The notes beneath the pieces are model-generated. The model saw only the letters and a list, made by a program, of their open reading frames with translations. It made no database searches and was not told the origin of the DNA. A program made the position numbers and the translations under genes. From Bacteroidota bacterium (lineage in GTDB: Bacteria > Bacteroidota > Ignavibacteria > Kryptoniales > JAKASW01): DNA of 64,000 nucleotides. This document shows, in pieces, positions 1-8,734 of the stretch (its first letter is position 1; each line of letters opens with the position of its first letter). The stretch covers positions 11,026 to 75,025 of the forward strand of contig JAJZVO010000003.1 in the NCBI GenBank assembly GCA_021845665.1. Reading direction: 5' to 3'.

Positions 1-222
1 ATTATTTCGCACCTCATCGATGTATGCCATAAAAACGCCGAGCCCCGCGCTCGATATATAGTTCAGGGCATTGAAGTTAACCACAATGTTGTATTTGCCT
101 TTGGACATGAGTTCAGAAAATGTCTTTTCAAGATCCGGCGCAGTGTGGGCGTCAAGGAAGCCTTGAAGCTCCATGACCACCGCATTGCCCGATTCTCGAG
201 TCAGCACCTTAAACTCATTCAT
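1..222 (-). CDS. STAS-domain anti-sigma factor antagonist (RsbV/SpoIIAA-like), runs off window
   Basis: Hand translation MNEFKVLTRESGNAVVMELQGFLDAHTAPDLE...NFNALNYISSAGLGVF; STAS phosphoserine motif YISSAGLG; GGAGG SD upstream; not in ORF track. Confidence 0.9.
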   Translation of the reverse strand, partial: MNEFKVLTRESGNAVVMELQGFLDAHTAPDLEKTFSELMSKGKYNIVVNFNALNYISSAGLGVFMAYIDEVRNN

Positions 223-303
223 CACTTCCTCCACCTTTGCTAGAATTTTCCCGTCCGTCGGCAACCCGGCTGAAAAAAAGGTCCAATCGAACGCAGCTCA
301 AAA

Positions 304-2415
304 TCATCTCCATTTCAATACCAACACGGTCGTATCGTCGACCGCGTCCGTCCCTTGTGAAAACTCAGCCAGGGCCCGGATAACGCCTCCTTTAATTTCC
401 GTCGCCGATCCTCCGCTCAGCTCCTTCAGAAGTGCGTAGAACCGCTCTTCTCCAAACTCCTCGCCGGCGGGATCACGTTGATCCGTAATTCCGTCGGTGT
501 ACAGCACCAATGTGTCGCCAGCTTTTAATTCAAATCTTTCCTCGCCAAGATGCCTTCCGAAATCCGCCGAAGGCTCGAGACCGAGTCCAACTCCGGTCGG
601 TCTGATCATCCTGCAGACTTTCTCCCCCGATTTATCGTCAAGGCTTATTAAAACACCCGGCGTATGTCCGGCCCTTACCACCGAGATCTCTCCGGTATCG
701 GCGTTCAGCATCGTGTAAATCAATGTAATAAAAAAATTCTTCTGCAACGTGTTCCCGACGGCTTCGTTTGCCGCCATCAGGAACTCCGTAGGAGACTTCG
801 CGGAAGCCGACAGCGATTGGAACACTCCCTTCATATATGCCATGTAGAAAGCTGCAGACGTTCCTTTTCCGGAAACGTCTCCGACTACGAAGGCATATCG
901 CTTCGGGTCGATCTGTGAGCAGTCAATATAGTCACCGCCGACCTCGAATGCAGGGAACGAGAGGAAATCAGTCTCGAACTTATCCGAGCTCGGCAGGCTC
1001 ACCGGGAGAAGCTTCAGCTGCATTTCATGCGCAATCCGCAATTCGTGCTGGAGCCGTTCGTTCTCCAGCGATTTCGAGAAAAGGAGTGAATTCTGGATCG
1101 CGACGGCGGCAGTATCCGCAAAAGCGCTTACCGTGGAAATCTCCTCCTCATCGAACGCGTACGGCATCTCGTGCGCCGCGTAAAGCATCCCGATGAATTC
1201 TTCATGCGCAGTAAGAGGGACTGCCAGGAGAGACTTCGACGGGAAATTCCTCAGCCCGAATTTGCCGAACTCTTCCGCGTCGTGGATGATCACGCGGCTG
1301 TTCGTCCTGACTTCTTTGCGCATCGGGTCGAAGTCAAACGCCGAAAGCTCATACTGGCTCGTCCTGTGCGTGGCCGAAATCCTGTACTCGTCGGCAGAAT
1401 CTCCATCCCCATCATACCGGAGCTCGATCCAGACTTTGTTTGCCTGTGTGACGGCACCTACGACGGCGACCGTGTTATTGAGGACCTCCGTGGTATCCAT
1501 GACGTTCGTGATGACTTTACTGAGGTTCTGATATGAATCGAGCTCCCTCTTCTTTTTTTCAAATACCCCGCTCGTCGGTATGTGAAATATCGTGATTATG
1601 AAAGCGAAAGAGAAGTAAATAGTCAGGAAGAGGAACACTATTTTCGCGAATTCGCTCATTGGCGGACTGTAGAAACCGAGCACCCCTCCCGCGAGATTTG
1701 CCGGGCCGATCGACGCGTATGAATAACCGAAAAGGACAATCAGCACAAGTGAATGAACAAGAGACTTATATTTCTCCTTCCTTGTCAGAAAGACAATCCA
1801 GTTCATGCTGACGATGTGCAGTACCGCTATGAAGACGGCGATCACGAACGCGATTTCCCTCACTGCGGAAAGAAACGGCGAGCCGACGAAAATGCTGAGT
1901 AACGATGCCGCAATTGTGAAACACAGGAAGAGCTCGAATCGCTTCCTCACTTTTCTTTCGGGCTTGATGTAAATGATATCGCTTACCGTCATCAAAAGAA
2001 TAAAAACGAAAGCTGCAATGCCATAAGCGAAAGCCGTGGTTGCAATCAGCTGCATCATGTTGGATGGAACGAATCCTCCCGACGAATTGCCTTTGCCCTC
2101 GAGAAGTATCCCCCAGGTGGATATTATGGCCGCAGAGAAGAATCCGTACCCTACAAGCCTGCGAAGAATCTCAAGAGGTTTCGAAGACTTCTTTGTCCTG
2201 AATATTCTAATCGCGGCATAAAGGAAGAAGAACGAAGCAACGGTGAACAGACTTCTGAAACCGTTCAGAACAGGGTCTTCAAGACCGATCGATATCCTGA
2301 TCCAATCAAATGCGAGTAAGAGTGCCGCGATCGATCCTGCCGCGACAAAGAAGAGGCTATTTCGGAAGTTTATTTGCATGTGCTTTAATCTAATTCTACT
2401 ATTCGCATTCTGCAA
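304..2415 (-). CDS. Membrane-bound GAF + SpoIIE/PP2C (RsbU-type) phosphatase
   Basis: About 8 hydrophobic helices, GAF-like region, then EVGGDY, GDVSGKG, LYTDGI and DDTT motifs. Confidence 0.9.
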   Translation of the reverse strand: MQNANSRIRLKHMQINFRNSLFFVAAGSIAALLLAFDWIRISIGLEDPVLNGFRSLFTVASFFFLYAAIRIFRTKKSSKPLEILRRLVGYGFFSAAIISTWGILLEGKGNSSGGFVPSNMMQLIATTAFAYGIAAFVFILLMTVSDIIYIKPERKVRKRFELFLCFTIAASLLSIFVGSPFLSAVREIAFVIAVFIAVLHIVSMNWIVFLTRKEKYKSLVHSLVLIVLFGYSYASIGPANLAGGVLGFYSPPMSEFAKIVFLFLTIYFSFAFIITIFHIPTSGVFEKKKRELDSYQNLSKVITNVMDTTEVLNNTVAVVGAVTQANKVWIELRYDGDGDSADEYRISATHRTSQYELSAFDFDPMRKEVRTNSRVIIHDAEEFGKFGLRNFPSKSLLAVPLTAHEEFIGMLYAAHEMPYAFDEEEISTVSAFADTAAVAIQNSLLFSKSLENERLQHELRIAHEMQLKLLPVSLPSSDKFETDFLSFPAFEVGGDYIDCSQIDPKRYAFVVGDVSGKGTSAAFYMAYMKGVFQSLSASAKSPTEFLMAANEAVGNTLQKNFFITLIYTMLNADTGEISVVRAGHTPGVLISLDDKSGEKVCRMIRPTGVGLGLEPSADFGRHLGEERFELKAGDTLVLYTDGITDQRDPAGEEFGEERFYALLKELSGGSATEIKGGVIRALAEFSQGTDAVDDTTVLVLKWR

Positions 2416-2584
2416 TCTTTTGTTACAAAGGCGTCCATAATAGAGTCATACCGCGATCATGCTACGCGTACCACGACGAAATTAAGAAGGACCTCGTCGA
2501 TCAGTTGCCGAGCCTTGGCATCCCCCAAACGTTTATCTTGATCTCGATTCGAATTTCGCCAGATCCCTGATGCCTCGCACAAAA

Positions 2585-3262
2585 CTAATACTTCATTTCA
2601 CCCGCATCAATCTTCACATCAAGGTAATTATCCGCCGGAACTATGGGACAACTGAAGTCGTGATTGTAAGCACAGTAAGGATTGTAGGCGTAGTTGAAGT
2701 CAAGTGTATACTCACCGGTATCATTTTCCCGCAGATCGATATACCGTCCCCCGGCGTAGGAAGTGCTTCCGCAAGTCTTGTCGATGAACGGCAGAAAAAG
2801 TTCGTTCTCCCGATCCCCGATCATCTTATAGACATAAAGCGTAAGTTTCTTCCCGTCTATCTCGAAATCAAATTTCCCGTACTTGATTGCCGGCCGCGTT
2901 TCACCCCCCGTTGCCTGGATGCCGACCTGCTCCGGTTTACTCTCCCTGATCAATTTCACCCGGAAGATCAGGTTGAAATTAGGAGGATAATAATTCAGAT
3001 GGTAAAATTGGCCTCTCTGTTGATTTGTCAAAGGCGAAGAGGGATTTGATTTGAAAAAGAAGTCCTTATTTTCCCTGAAAGAATCGAGCCGTATGATGTA
3101 GTTGCGCTGCTGGCCAGGGTTTAAGGTGAGCTTCTTGTAGTTCGCGGTGCACGATGCTAGCGCCAGGCAGGCCAGCGCCAGCAGGGATGCAGCAGGTCTA
3201 CTTGCTGTTATCGAGGACAAGTTCCAGGGAAATCCTGTGAGTGTCGCCAAGAGCTCCCGCAT
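2585..3262 (-). CDS. DUF1684 family putative lipoprotein (true start probably later)
   Basis: LFLPFxD, YAGGRY and DFNxAYNPYCAY motifs; lipobox-like LASC. Confidence 0.85.
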   Translation of the reverse strand: MRELLATLTGFPWNLSSITASRPAASLLALACLALASCTANYKKLTLNPGQQRNYIIRLDSFRENKDFFFKSNPSSPLTNQQRGQFYHLNYYPPNFNLIFRVKLIRESKPEQVGIQATGGETRPAIKYGKFDFEIDGKKLTLYVYKMIGDRENELFLPFIDKTCGSTSYAGGRYIDLRENDTGEYTLDFNYAYNPYCAYNHDFSCPIVPADNYLDVKIDAGEMKY

Positions 3263-4256
3263 ACGCGAATCGAGCGAAGGAGTAGTCTATTTCGAGTTTC
3301 GGGAGGTGGATGCCCGCACCCACGGTGAACTGTCTTACTTCATTAAATCCGGCCCTGATTGCAATGACATTCTTGTAGCTGATCTCCGCTCCCATACGGA
3401 CGTCCGCGCTGAAGGGCCCGAGGTGGACGGTTGACGACGCGCCGAGGTTATCGGCATTGAATATCAGATCCAGAGCCGGCATTACCTGGACCGGACCGAT
3501 GTCCAGGCCGTAACTCACCCCTGTGGCGAGGGTCGGTGGAGCAACTTCTGTAGTGCCGTCGGTCCAGGCTACTATCGTGGTCGTGGCGTTTTGAAGGTCC
3601 GCCCCGAGATTGAACCGGGTGAAAGGACTATAGAGCGCTCCGATATCGAAGCCGATCCCGGTCCCGTAAGTCGAGCCGATGTTTCTTCTGATGAACTTGA
3701 CGTTCGCCCCATAGGAGAAATTGTCCGTCACGCGCCGGGCGAAGCTTCCAATGAAGGCAACGTCGGTAGCGCTGAAGAAGGTTATCTTTGAATAGTCGAG
3801 CCGGCTTAGATTGCTCGGATAGTCGGAGCCGGGTGGAATGGGATTCCCGTTCGCGTCTATGCCTGCCAGTTGCGTGTTCGGAATACCGCTGACATTCAGG
3901 ATGATGAGGCTCAGCCCGACGGTTTCATTCTTGGAAAGCGATATCGCTCCGGCGCCGTAGTTGAAACTGACCGCGTTTGCATAGCGTTGGTCATGCATAA
4001 GCATAATTTCCGGGTATTTTATTCTGGCGAGGCCAGCTGGGTTCCAATAACCGGCAGTAACATCGTTTGCGACGGAAGTATAGGCGCTACCCATCCCGAG
4101 CGCCCTTCCCCCGACGCCAATCGAGAGAAAATCGTTCGCGTATTTTGCCAGTGTAAGGCCCTGGGCGTGCGCGCCCGGTGCGTATCCAAAAGCGATAAGC
4201 ACTATCGGCAGAGCCGCCAGCAATAGACGATTTCTTCTACTCGAGCGGCTCAGCAC
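3198..4256 (-). CDS. PorV/PorQ-like (FadL-type) outer-membrane beta-barrel
   Basis: Signal peptide; FLSIGVGGRALGMG and YWNPAGL motifs; C-terminal HRISL. Confidence 0.8.
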   Translation of the reverse strand: MLSRSSRRNRLLLAALPIVLIAFGYAPGAHAQGLTLAKYANDFLSIGVGGRALGMGSAYTSVANDVTAGYWNPAGLARIKYPEIMLMHDQRYANAVSFNYGAGAISLSKNETVGLSLIILNVSGIPNTQLAGIDANGNPIPPGSDYPSNLSRLDYSKITFFSATDVAFIGSFARRVTDNFSYGANVKFIRRNIGSTYGTGIGFDIGALYSPFTRFNLGADLQNATTTIVAWTDGTTEVAPPTLATGVSYGLDIGPVQVMPALDLIFNADNLGASSTVHLGPFSADVRMGAEISYKNVIAIRAGFNEVRQFTVGAGIHLPKLEIDYSFARFAYAGALGDTHRISLELVLDNSK

Positions 4257-5892
4257 CGAATTCGTCTTTCAAATATTTCACCAGCGGATCGTTAGCATCG
4301 GTATCGACGGCCTGTCCGCCGTCGACAATCGTGAAATCGATAGCTACACGGGCTCCAAGGGTTCTCTGTATTGCCTCTTGAATATATGTCTTATAAGGTT
4401 TAGTCATTCCTATCACTATCTCATTCGGCGCACCGAGCATCAGCCAACCATTCTGTACCCCGATAGGCTTGAGGTTTATGAGCTGAGACCACACGCCGAT
4501 CCTCTCTTTTCTGATCGCAAGAAGGAGCTCATCCCAGCGCACGTTTATTTCCTGAAGCGAGGTTTCTGTGACGGAATTGGCGGGTCTTTCCTCCTGTACC
4601 TTCGGTGCAGGCCGCTGGGCCGGCAGTGAAAGAGGAGAAGTTTTTCTTTCCGCGTAAGCCGGGCGTGTCTCCTTCAAGGGCGGTGCCGGGGGGGGCTGAT
4701 ACTGCGCCGGTCGCGCCGTCCGTGTCGTCGTCATTTCACTCACGCGGTTAGCTGAGTTTTTTTTTAACTCTTCGACTTTCCTCAAAAGATCGCGGAGATC
4801 CACCGCCCGCTCCATGTTCACAAGCTGCAGAAGCGTCATCTCAAGCTTGATTCTCGGCTGGGACACATATTTGATTTGCTGGACCGCTTCGCTTGTCAGT
4901 TTAAGCATCCTGAGAAGATCGAGCTTGCCGAAACCTGCGGCGGTATCGAGATACCTCTTCCTGTAATCCTGCGACGCTTCAATTAGGTCCGCCTTGCCGG
5001 TTGTCGATGCGACGAGGAGGTTTCTGAAATGTTCGGAGAGTCCCTGAAGAAAGTCCACCGGGTCATACCCGCGGGTGACTATTCTGGAGACAAGCTCTAT
5101 CGCACCTTTAGAATCATTCTCCCCGATAAGTCCGGTGGTTTCGAAAAACAGCTCACTGTCGACGAGGCTGAGCGCATTCACGACCACTTCATGTTTGATT
5201 TCGCTTCCGCAGAAGGCGGCGACCTGGTCGAAAATGCTCAACGCGTCGCGCATCGAGCCGTCCCCTTTCTTGGCAATCGTTACGAACGATTCCTCGTCCA
5301 CCGTTATCTTTTCTTCCCTGGCGATGAATCGCAGCCTGTCTATGATCTGCTCGATCTCAATCCTCTTGAAATCGAATCTCTGGCAGCGTGTGAGGATGGT
5401 CGGCAGCACTTTGTGCGGTTCCGTGGTCGCGAGGACGAATACGGCATAGGCCGGAGGCTCTTCAAGGGTTTTGAGGAGCGCGTTGAAAGCTTCCTTCGTA
5501 AGCATGTGCACTTCGTCGATGATGTACACCTTGTATTTCAGGCGTGAAGGCGCGTATCGTACCGATTCCCTAAGATCCCTTATCTCATCAATACCCCGGT
5601 TTGAGGCACCGTCTATCTCTATGACGTCGAGGCTTCTCCCTTCGGTAACCTCTTTGCAGATGTCGCATTCGTTACACGGCTCGCCGTCCTTGACCTTTGG
5701 ACAGTTTATCGCCTTCGCGAAAATGCGGGCGGTCGTAGTCTTTCCTACTCCGCTTGGTCCGCTGAAGAGATAAGCGTGAGCGATCCGATTCCTGATAATC
5801 GCGTTTTTCATCGTGACGGTGACGTGCTCCTGGGCGGTCACTTCGTCGAATCGCATTGGGCGCCACTTACGGGCCGTCACCAGATAGGACAT
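4237..5892 (-). CDS. dnaX: DNA polymerase III subunit gamma/tau
   Basis: ARKWRP, GPSGVGKTT, PCNECDIC zinc motif, IIDEVHML, TILTRC. Confidence 0.97.
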   Translation of the reverse strand: MSYLVTARKWRPMRFDEVTAQEHVTVTMKNAIIRNRIAHAYLFSGPSGVGKTTTARIFAKAINCPKVKDGEPCNECDICKEVTEGRSLDVIEIDGASNRGIDEIRDLRESVRYAPSRLKYKVYIIDEVHMLTKEAFNALLKTLEEPPAYAVFVLATTEPHKVLPTILTRCQRFDFKRIEIEQIIDRLRFIAREEKITVDEESFVTIAKKGDGSMRDALSIFDQVAAFCGSEIKHEVVVNALSLVDSELFFETTGLIGENDSKGAIELVSRIVTRGYDPVDFLQGLSEHFRNLLVASTTGKADLIEASQDYRKRYLDTAAGFGKLDLLRMLKLTSEAVQQIKYVSQPRIKLEMTLLQLVNMERAVDLRDLLRKVEELKKNSANRVSEMTTTRTARPAQYQPPPAPPLKETRPAYAERKTSPLSLPAQRPAPKVQEERPANSVTETSLQEINVRWDELLLAIRKERIGVWSQLINLKPIGVQNGWLMLGAPNEIVIGMTKPYKTYIQEAIQRTLGARVAIDFTIVDGGQAVDTDANDPLVKYLKDEFGAEPLE

Positions 5893-5899
5893 ACTAAAC

Positions 5900-8308
5900 T
5901 CATTTCCTTTTGCGCGCCGATTTTACCTTCTTCGGCCCTATGTCGAAAACATGTTCCATGGCGTCTTCAATTTTCTCAAGGGGAATTACCTTTATACCTT
6001 CCTTGAGTTTCTCAGGAATTTCGGTCAAATCCTTCATGTTGTCTTTTGGAATGAGGACTTTCTTAATCCCGTACCTCCTTGCCGCGAGCATCTTTTCCAT
6101 CAACCCACCGATAGGAAGGACTTCTCCGTTCAGATTGATCTCCCCCGTCATGGCGACATCCGCCCGGACAGGCTGCCTGCTCGCTGCGGAGATCAGCGCG
6201 ACCGACATCGTGATTCCTGCCGACGGTCCGTCCTTCGGCGTAGCCCCTTCGGGCACGTGGATGTGAATCTCTTTCCCCTTATGAAAATTCTTCGGGATAC
6301 CGAATCTTGATGCGTTCGCCCTGACATAGGTAAGCGCAGCGCGCGCAGATTCCTGCATTACATTTCCCAAGCGTCCCGTCAATTGCAACCTGTCCGGTCC
6401 TTCCATTAATATCGCTTCGACATTCAGAATATCGCCACCCCCACTTGTCCACGCAAGACCAAGAGCTACTCCCACGCGATTTTTCTTCCCGAGCTGTTTC
6501 GAATGGAATACCGGTACCCCGAGAAATTCCTCGATCTTCTTCTCGTCGACGATAATTTGTTTGATCTTTTTATTACCGCCATTTTTCTGGAGGACGACCT
6601 CTTTTGCGATCTTTCGGCAAACACCGGCAATAGCGCGCTCGAGGTTTCTGACTCCTGCCTCCCAGGTGTACTCCCGAATAATCTTCATGAGCGCGGCTTC
6701 TTCACACCTCGCAAACTCGAGGCTGATCCCGTGCTCCTTAAGTTGTTTCGGTATTATGTGCCGCTTGGCGATTTCTATTTTGTCGTAATCGAGATAGCCG
6801 GGCAGCTCTATGACTTCCATCCTGTCCTGAAGCGGTTCCAGGATATTATCACGCACGTTTGCGGTCGTTATGAAGAAAACCTTCGAAAGGTCGTACTCGA
6901 CCTCGAGGTAATGATCCTGGAATGAATGGTTCTGTTCCGGGTCGAGGACTTCGAGAAGGGCGGCGGACGGATCGCCGTGAAAATCGTAGGCGAGCTTGTC
7001 GACTTCATCGAGGAGCATCACGGGATTGACGACGGCCGCCTTTTTCATCGCCTGAATGATCCGGCCCGGGAGCGATCCGACGTAAGTGCGGCGATGTCCC
7101 CTGATCTCGGCTTCGTCCCTGATCCCGCCGAGAGACAGCCTCACGAAATTCCTCCCGACAGCGCGGGCGATCGATTTGGCGAGCGATGTCTTGCCTACTC
7201 CCGGAGGGCCCACGAAGCAGATAATCTGCGATCGCATCTCCTTCACGAGATTGAGAACCGCGATCTGTTCCACGATGCGATCCTTCGCCTTCTCCAGCCC
7301 ATAATGATCCTGGTCGAGAACTTCCCGGACATGCTTGATATCAAGATTATCCCTCGTCTTCTTGTGCCAGGGAACGTCGACGAGCCAGTCGAGGTAGTTC
7401 CGGATCACGGTCGCTTCAGGAGAGAAGGCCTGGGTCCGTTTAAGCTTGTCGAGCTCATCGAGAGCCTTGTTCTTTGCCTGCTCAGGCATCTGAGCCTTCT
7501 CGATCCTCTCTTTCAGCTGCGCGAACTCGCCGGTCGGGCTTTCATCACCGAGCTCATCCTGCATTATCCTCACCTGTTCCTGCAGGTAGTACTTCCGCTG
7601 GTTCTTCTGGATGCTGTCCTGTACCTTATTGTCTATCTCCTGCTCGATCTTCAGGATGTTTATCTCACCGAGGAGAATCTTAATCAAAGACTCGTATTGT
7701 TCCCGCAGGTTTCTCAGGCTGAAGATTTTGATCTTGTCCGGTACAGAAACGTCCATATTTGCCAGAATGTAATAGAACTTCCTGTCCGCCTGTTCCATAT
7801 TCTCGTAGGACATGATCGTCTCAGGCGGTATGTCGCGGCTGTTCCGCACATAGTCGCGGAACAGCTGACCCGAATGTTTCACGTACGCATCCAGGGAAGC
7901 GTCCTTCTTCGATGCCGTCAAATTCGGAGCGTACTCGGCGTGAACGATTCCCTTCTCTTCGTAGAACTTCCTGACGAATGCCTGTGCAACGCCGTCTACC
8001 AGAACTTTCAACAGCCCGTTAGGTAACTTCAGGACCTGAAGTATGCGAGCGACCGTGCCTACTTTGTACAGCTCTTCTTTTCGTGGATCTTCGACGGAGC
8101 TGTCCTTCTGCGCGATCAGCAGGATAAACTTATCCGCCTTCGCAGCCTGTTCCACGGCTTCGACCGATTGTTCGCGCCCCACCAGTATCGGGAAAAGCAT
8201 GTACGGAAGGATAAGGGAGTCCCGCAACGGAAGAACCGGGAGACGGGTCGGGATGTCTTCAACCTTCTTTATCTCGTCAACATCTTCAATTTCTTCAAAA
8301 TCCTTCAA
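5900..8308 (-). CDS. lon: ATP-dependent protease La (paralog 1)
   Basis: LON N-domain LPVLPLRD, GPPGVGKTS, PKDGPSAG catalytic serine. Confidence 0.97.
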   Translation of the reverse strand: MKDFEEIEDVDEIKKVEDIPTRLPVLPLRDSLILPYMLFPILVGREQSVEAVEQAAKADKFILLIAQKDSSVEDPRKEELYKVGTVARILQVLKLPNGLLKVLVDGVAQAFVRKFYEEKGIVHAEYAPNLTASKKDASLDAYVKHSGQLFRDYVRNSRDIPPETIMSYENMEQADRKFYYILANMDVSVPDKIKIFSLRNLREQYESLIKILLGEINILKIEQEIDNKVQDSIQKNQRKYYLQEQVRIMQDELGDESPTGEFAQLKERIEKAQMPEQAKNKALDELDKLKRTQAFSPEATVIRNYLDWLVDVPWHKKTRDNLDIKHVREVLDQDHYGLEKAKDRIVEQIAVLNLVKEMRSQIICFVGPPGVGKTSLAKSIARAVGRNFVRLSLGGIRDEAEIRGHRRTYVGSLPGRIIQAMKKAAVVNPVMLLDEVDKLAYDFHGDPSAALLEVLDPEQNHSFQDHYLEVEYDLSKVFFITTANVRDNILEPLQDRMEVIELPGYLDYDKIEIAKRHIIPKQLKEHGISLEFARCEEAALMKIIREYTWEAGVRNLERAIAGVCRKIAKEVVLQKNGGNKKIKQIIVDEKKIEEFLGVPVFHSKQLGKKNRVGVALGLAWTSGGGDILNVEAILMEGPDRLQLTGRLGNVMQESARAALTYVRANASRFGIPKNFHKGKEIHIHVPEGATPKDGPSAGITMSVALISAASRQPVRADVAMTGEINLNGEVLPIGGLMEKMLAARRYGIKKVLIPKDNMKDLTEIPEKLKEGIKVIPLEKIEDAMEHVFDIGPKKVKSARKRK

Positions 8309-8406
8309 AATTATCTCCGGTTGGTAAGAAACTTAAATGGGATTAGGTTTTGGAAAATATAGCAGAGTACGCAGGGCAAAACAAGGTTAGCCGGTAGCGA
8401 CGCGGT

Positions 8407-8530
8407 CTAATCCCGAAAGGATGAAATTGTTATAAAACGGTCAAAGCCCGCGAAACGCGAACACGGTACGGGCGGCATCATACAAGGAATCTGTTCATCG
8501 ACCGTAATAATGACGGCCCTTCGGGATTGG
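8407..8530. repeat. REP/MITE-like palindromic element
   Basis: AATCCCGAAAGG (8409-8420) and CCCTTCGGGATT (8517-8528) form an 11/12 inverted repeat in the lon/maeB divergent spacer. Confidence 0.45.
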
Positions 8531-8734
8531 TTTCCAATGGCAAAACATTCCAGTCAATTCGACCCCGGCCAGAACATCGTATCATCCCGTCATTGCGTTG
8601 TACTTTCAGATTTCACTGACTAACTTTTTCGCAGGAAAAGGCTAATTACGAGCGTCCCGCCAAAAGCGCGACGTCCGGGCATGTCCCGATTGAAGTCGGG
8701 ATCCTTTGGACGAGTCATAAATAAGGAGTATCAA

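Noticed and set aside
6926-8026. Long plus-strand ORFs antisense to lon, also 20621-21703, 26015-26992, 30745-32172, 43404-44441 and 46722-47948
   Set aside because: Shadow frames of well-supported minus-strand genes; no recognisable motifs.
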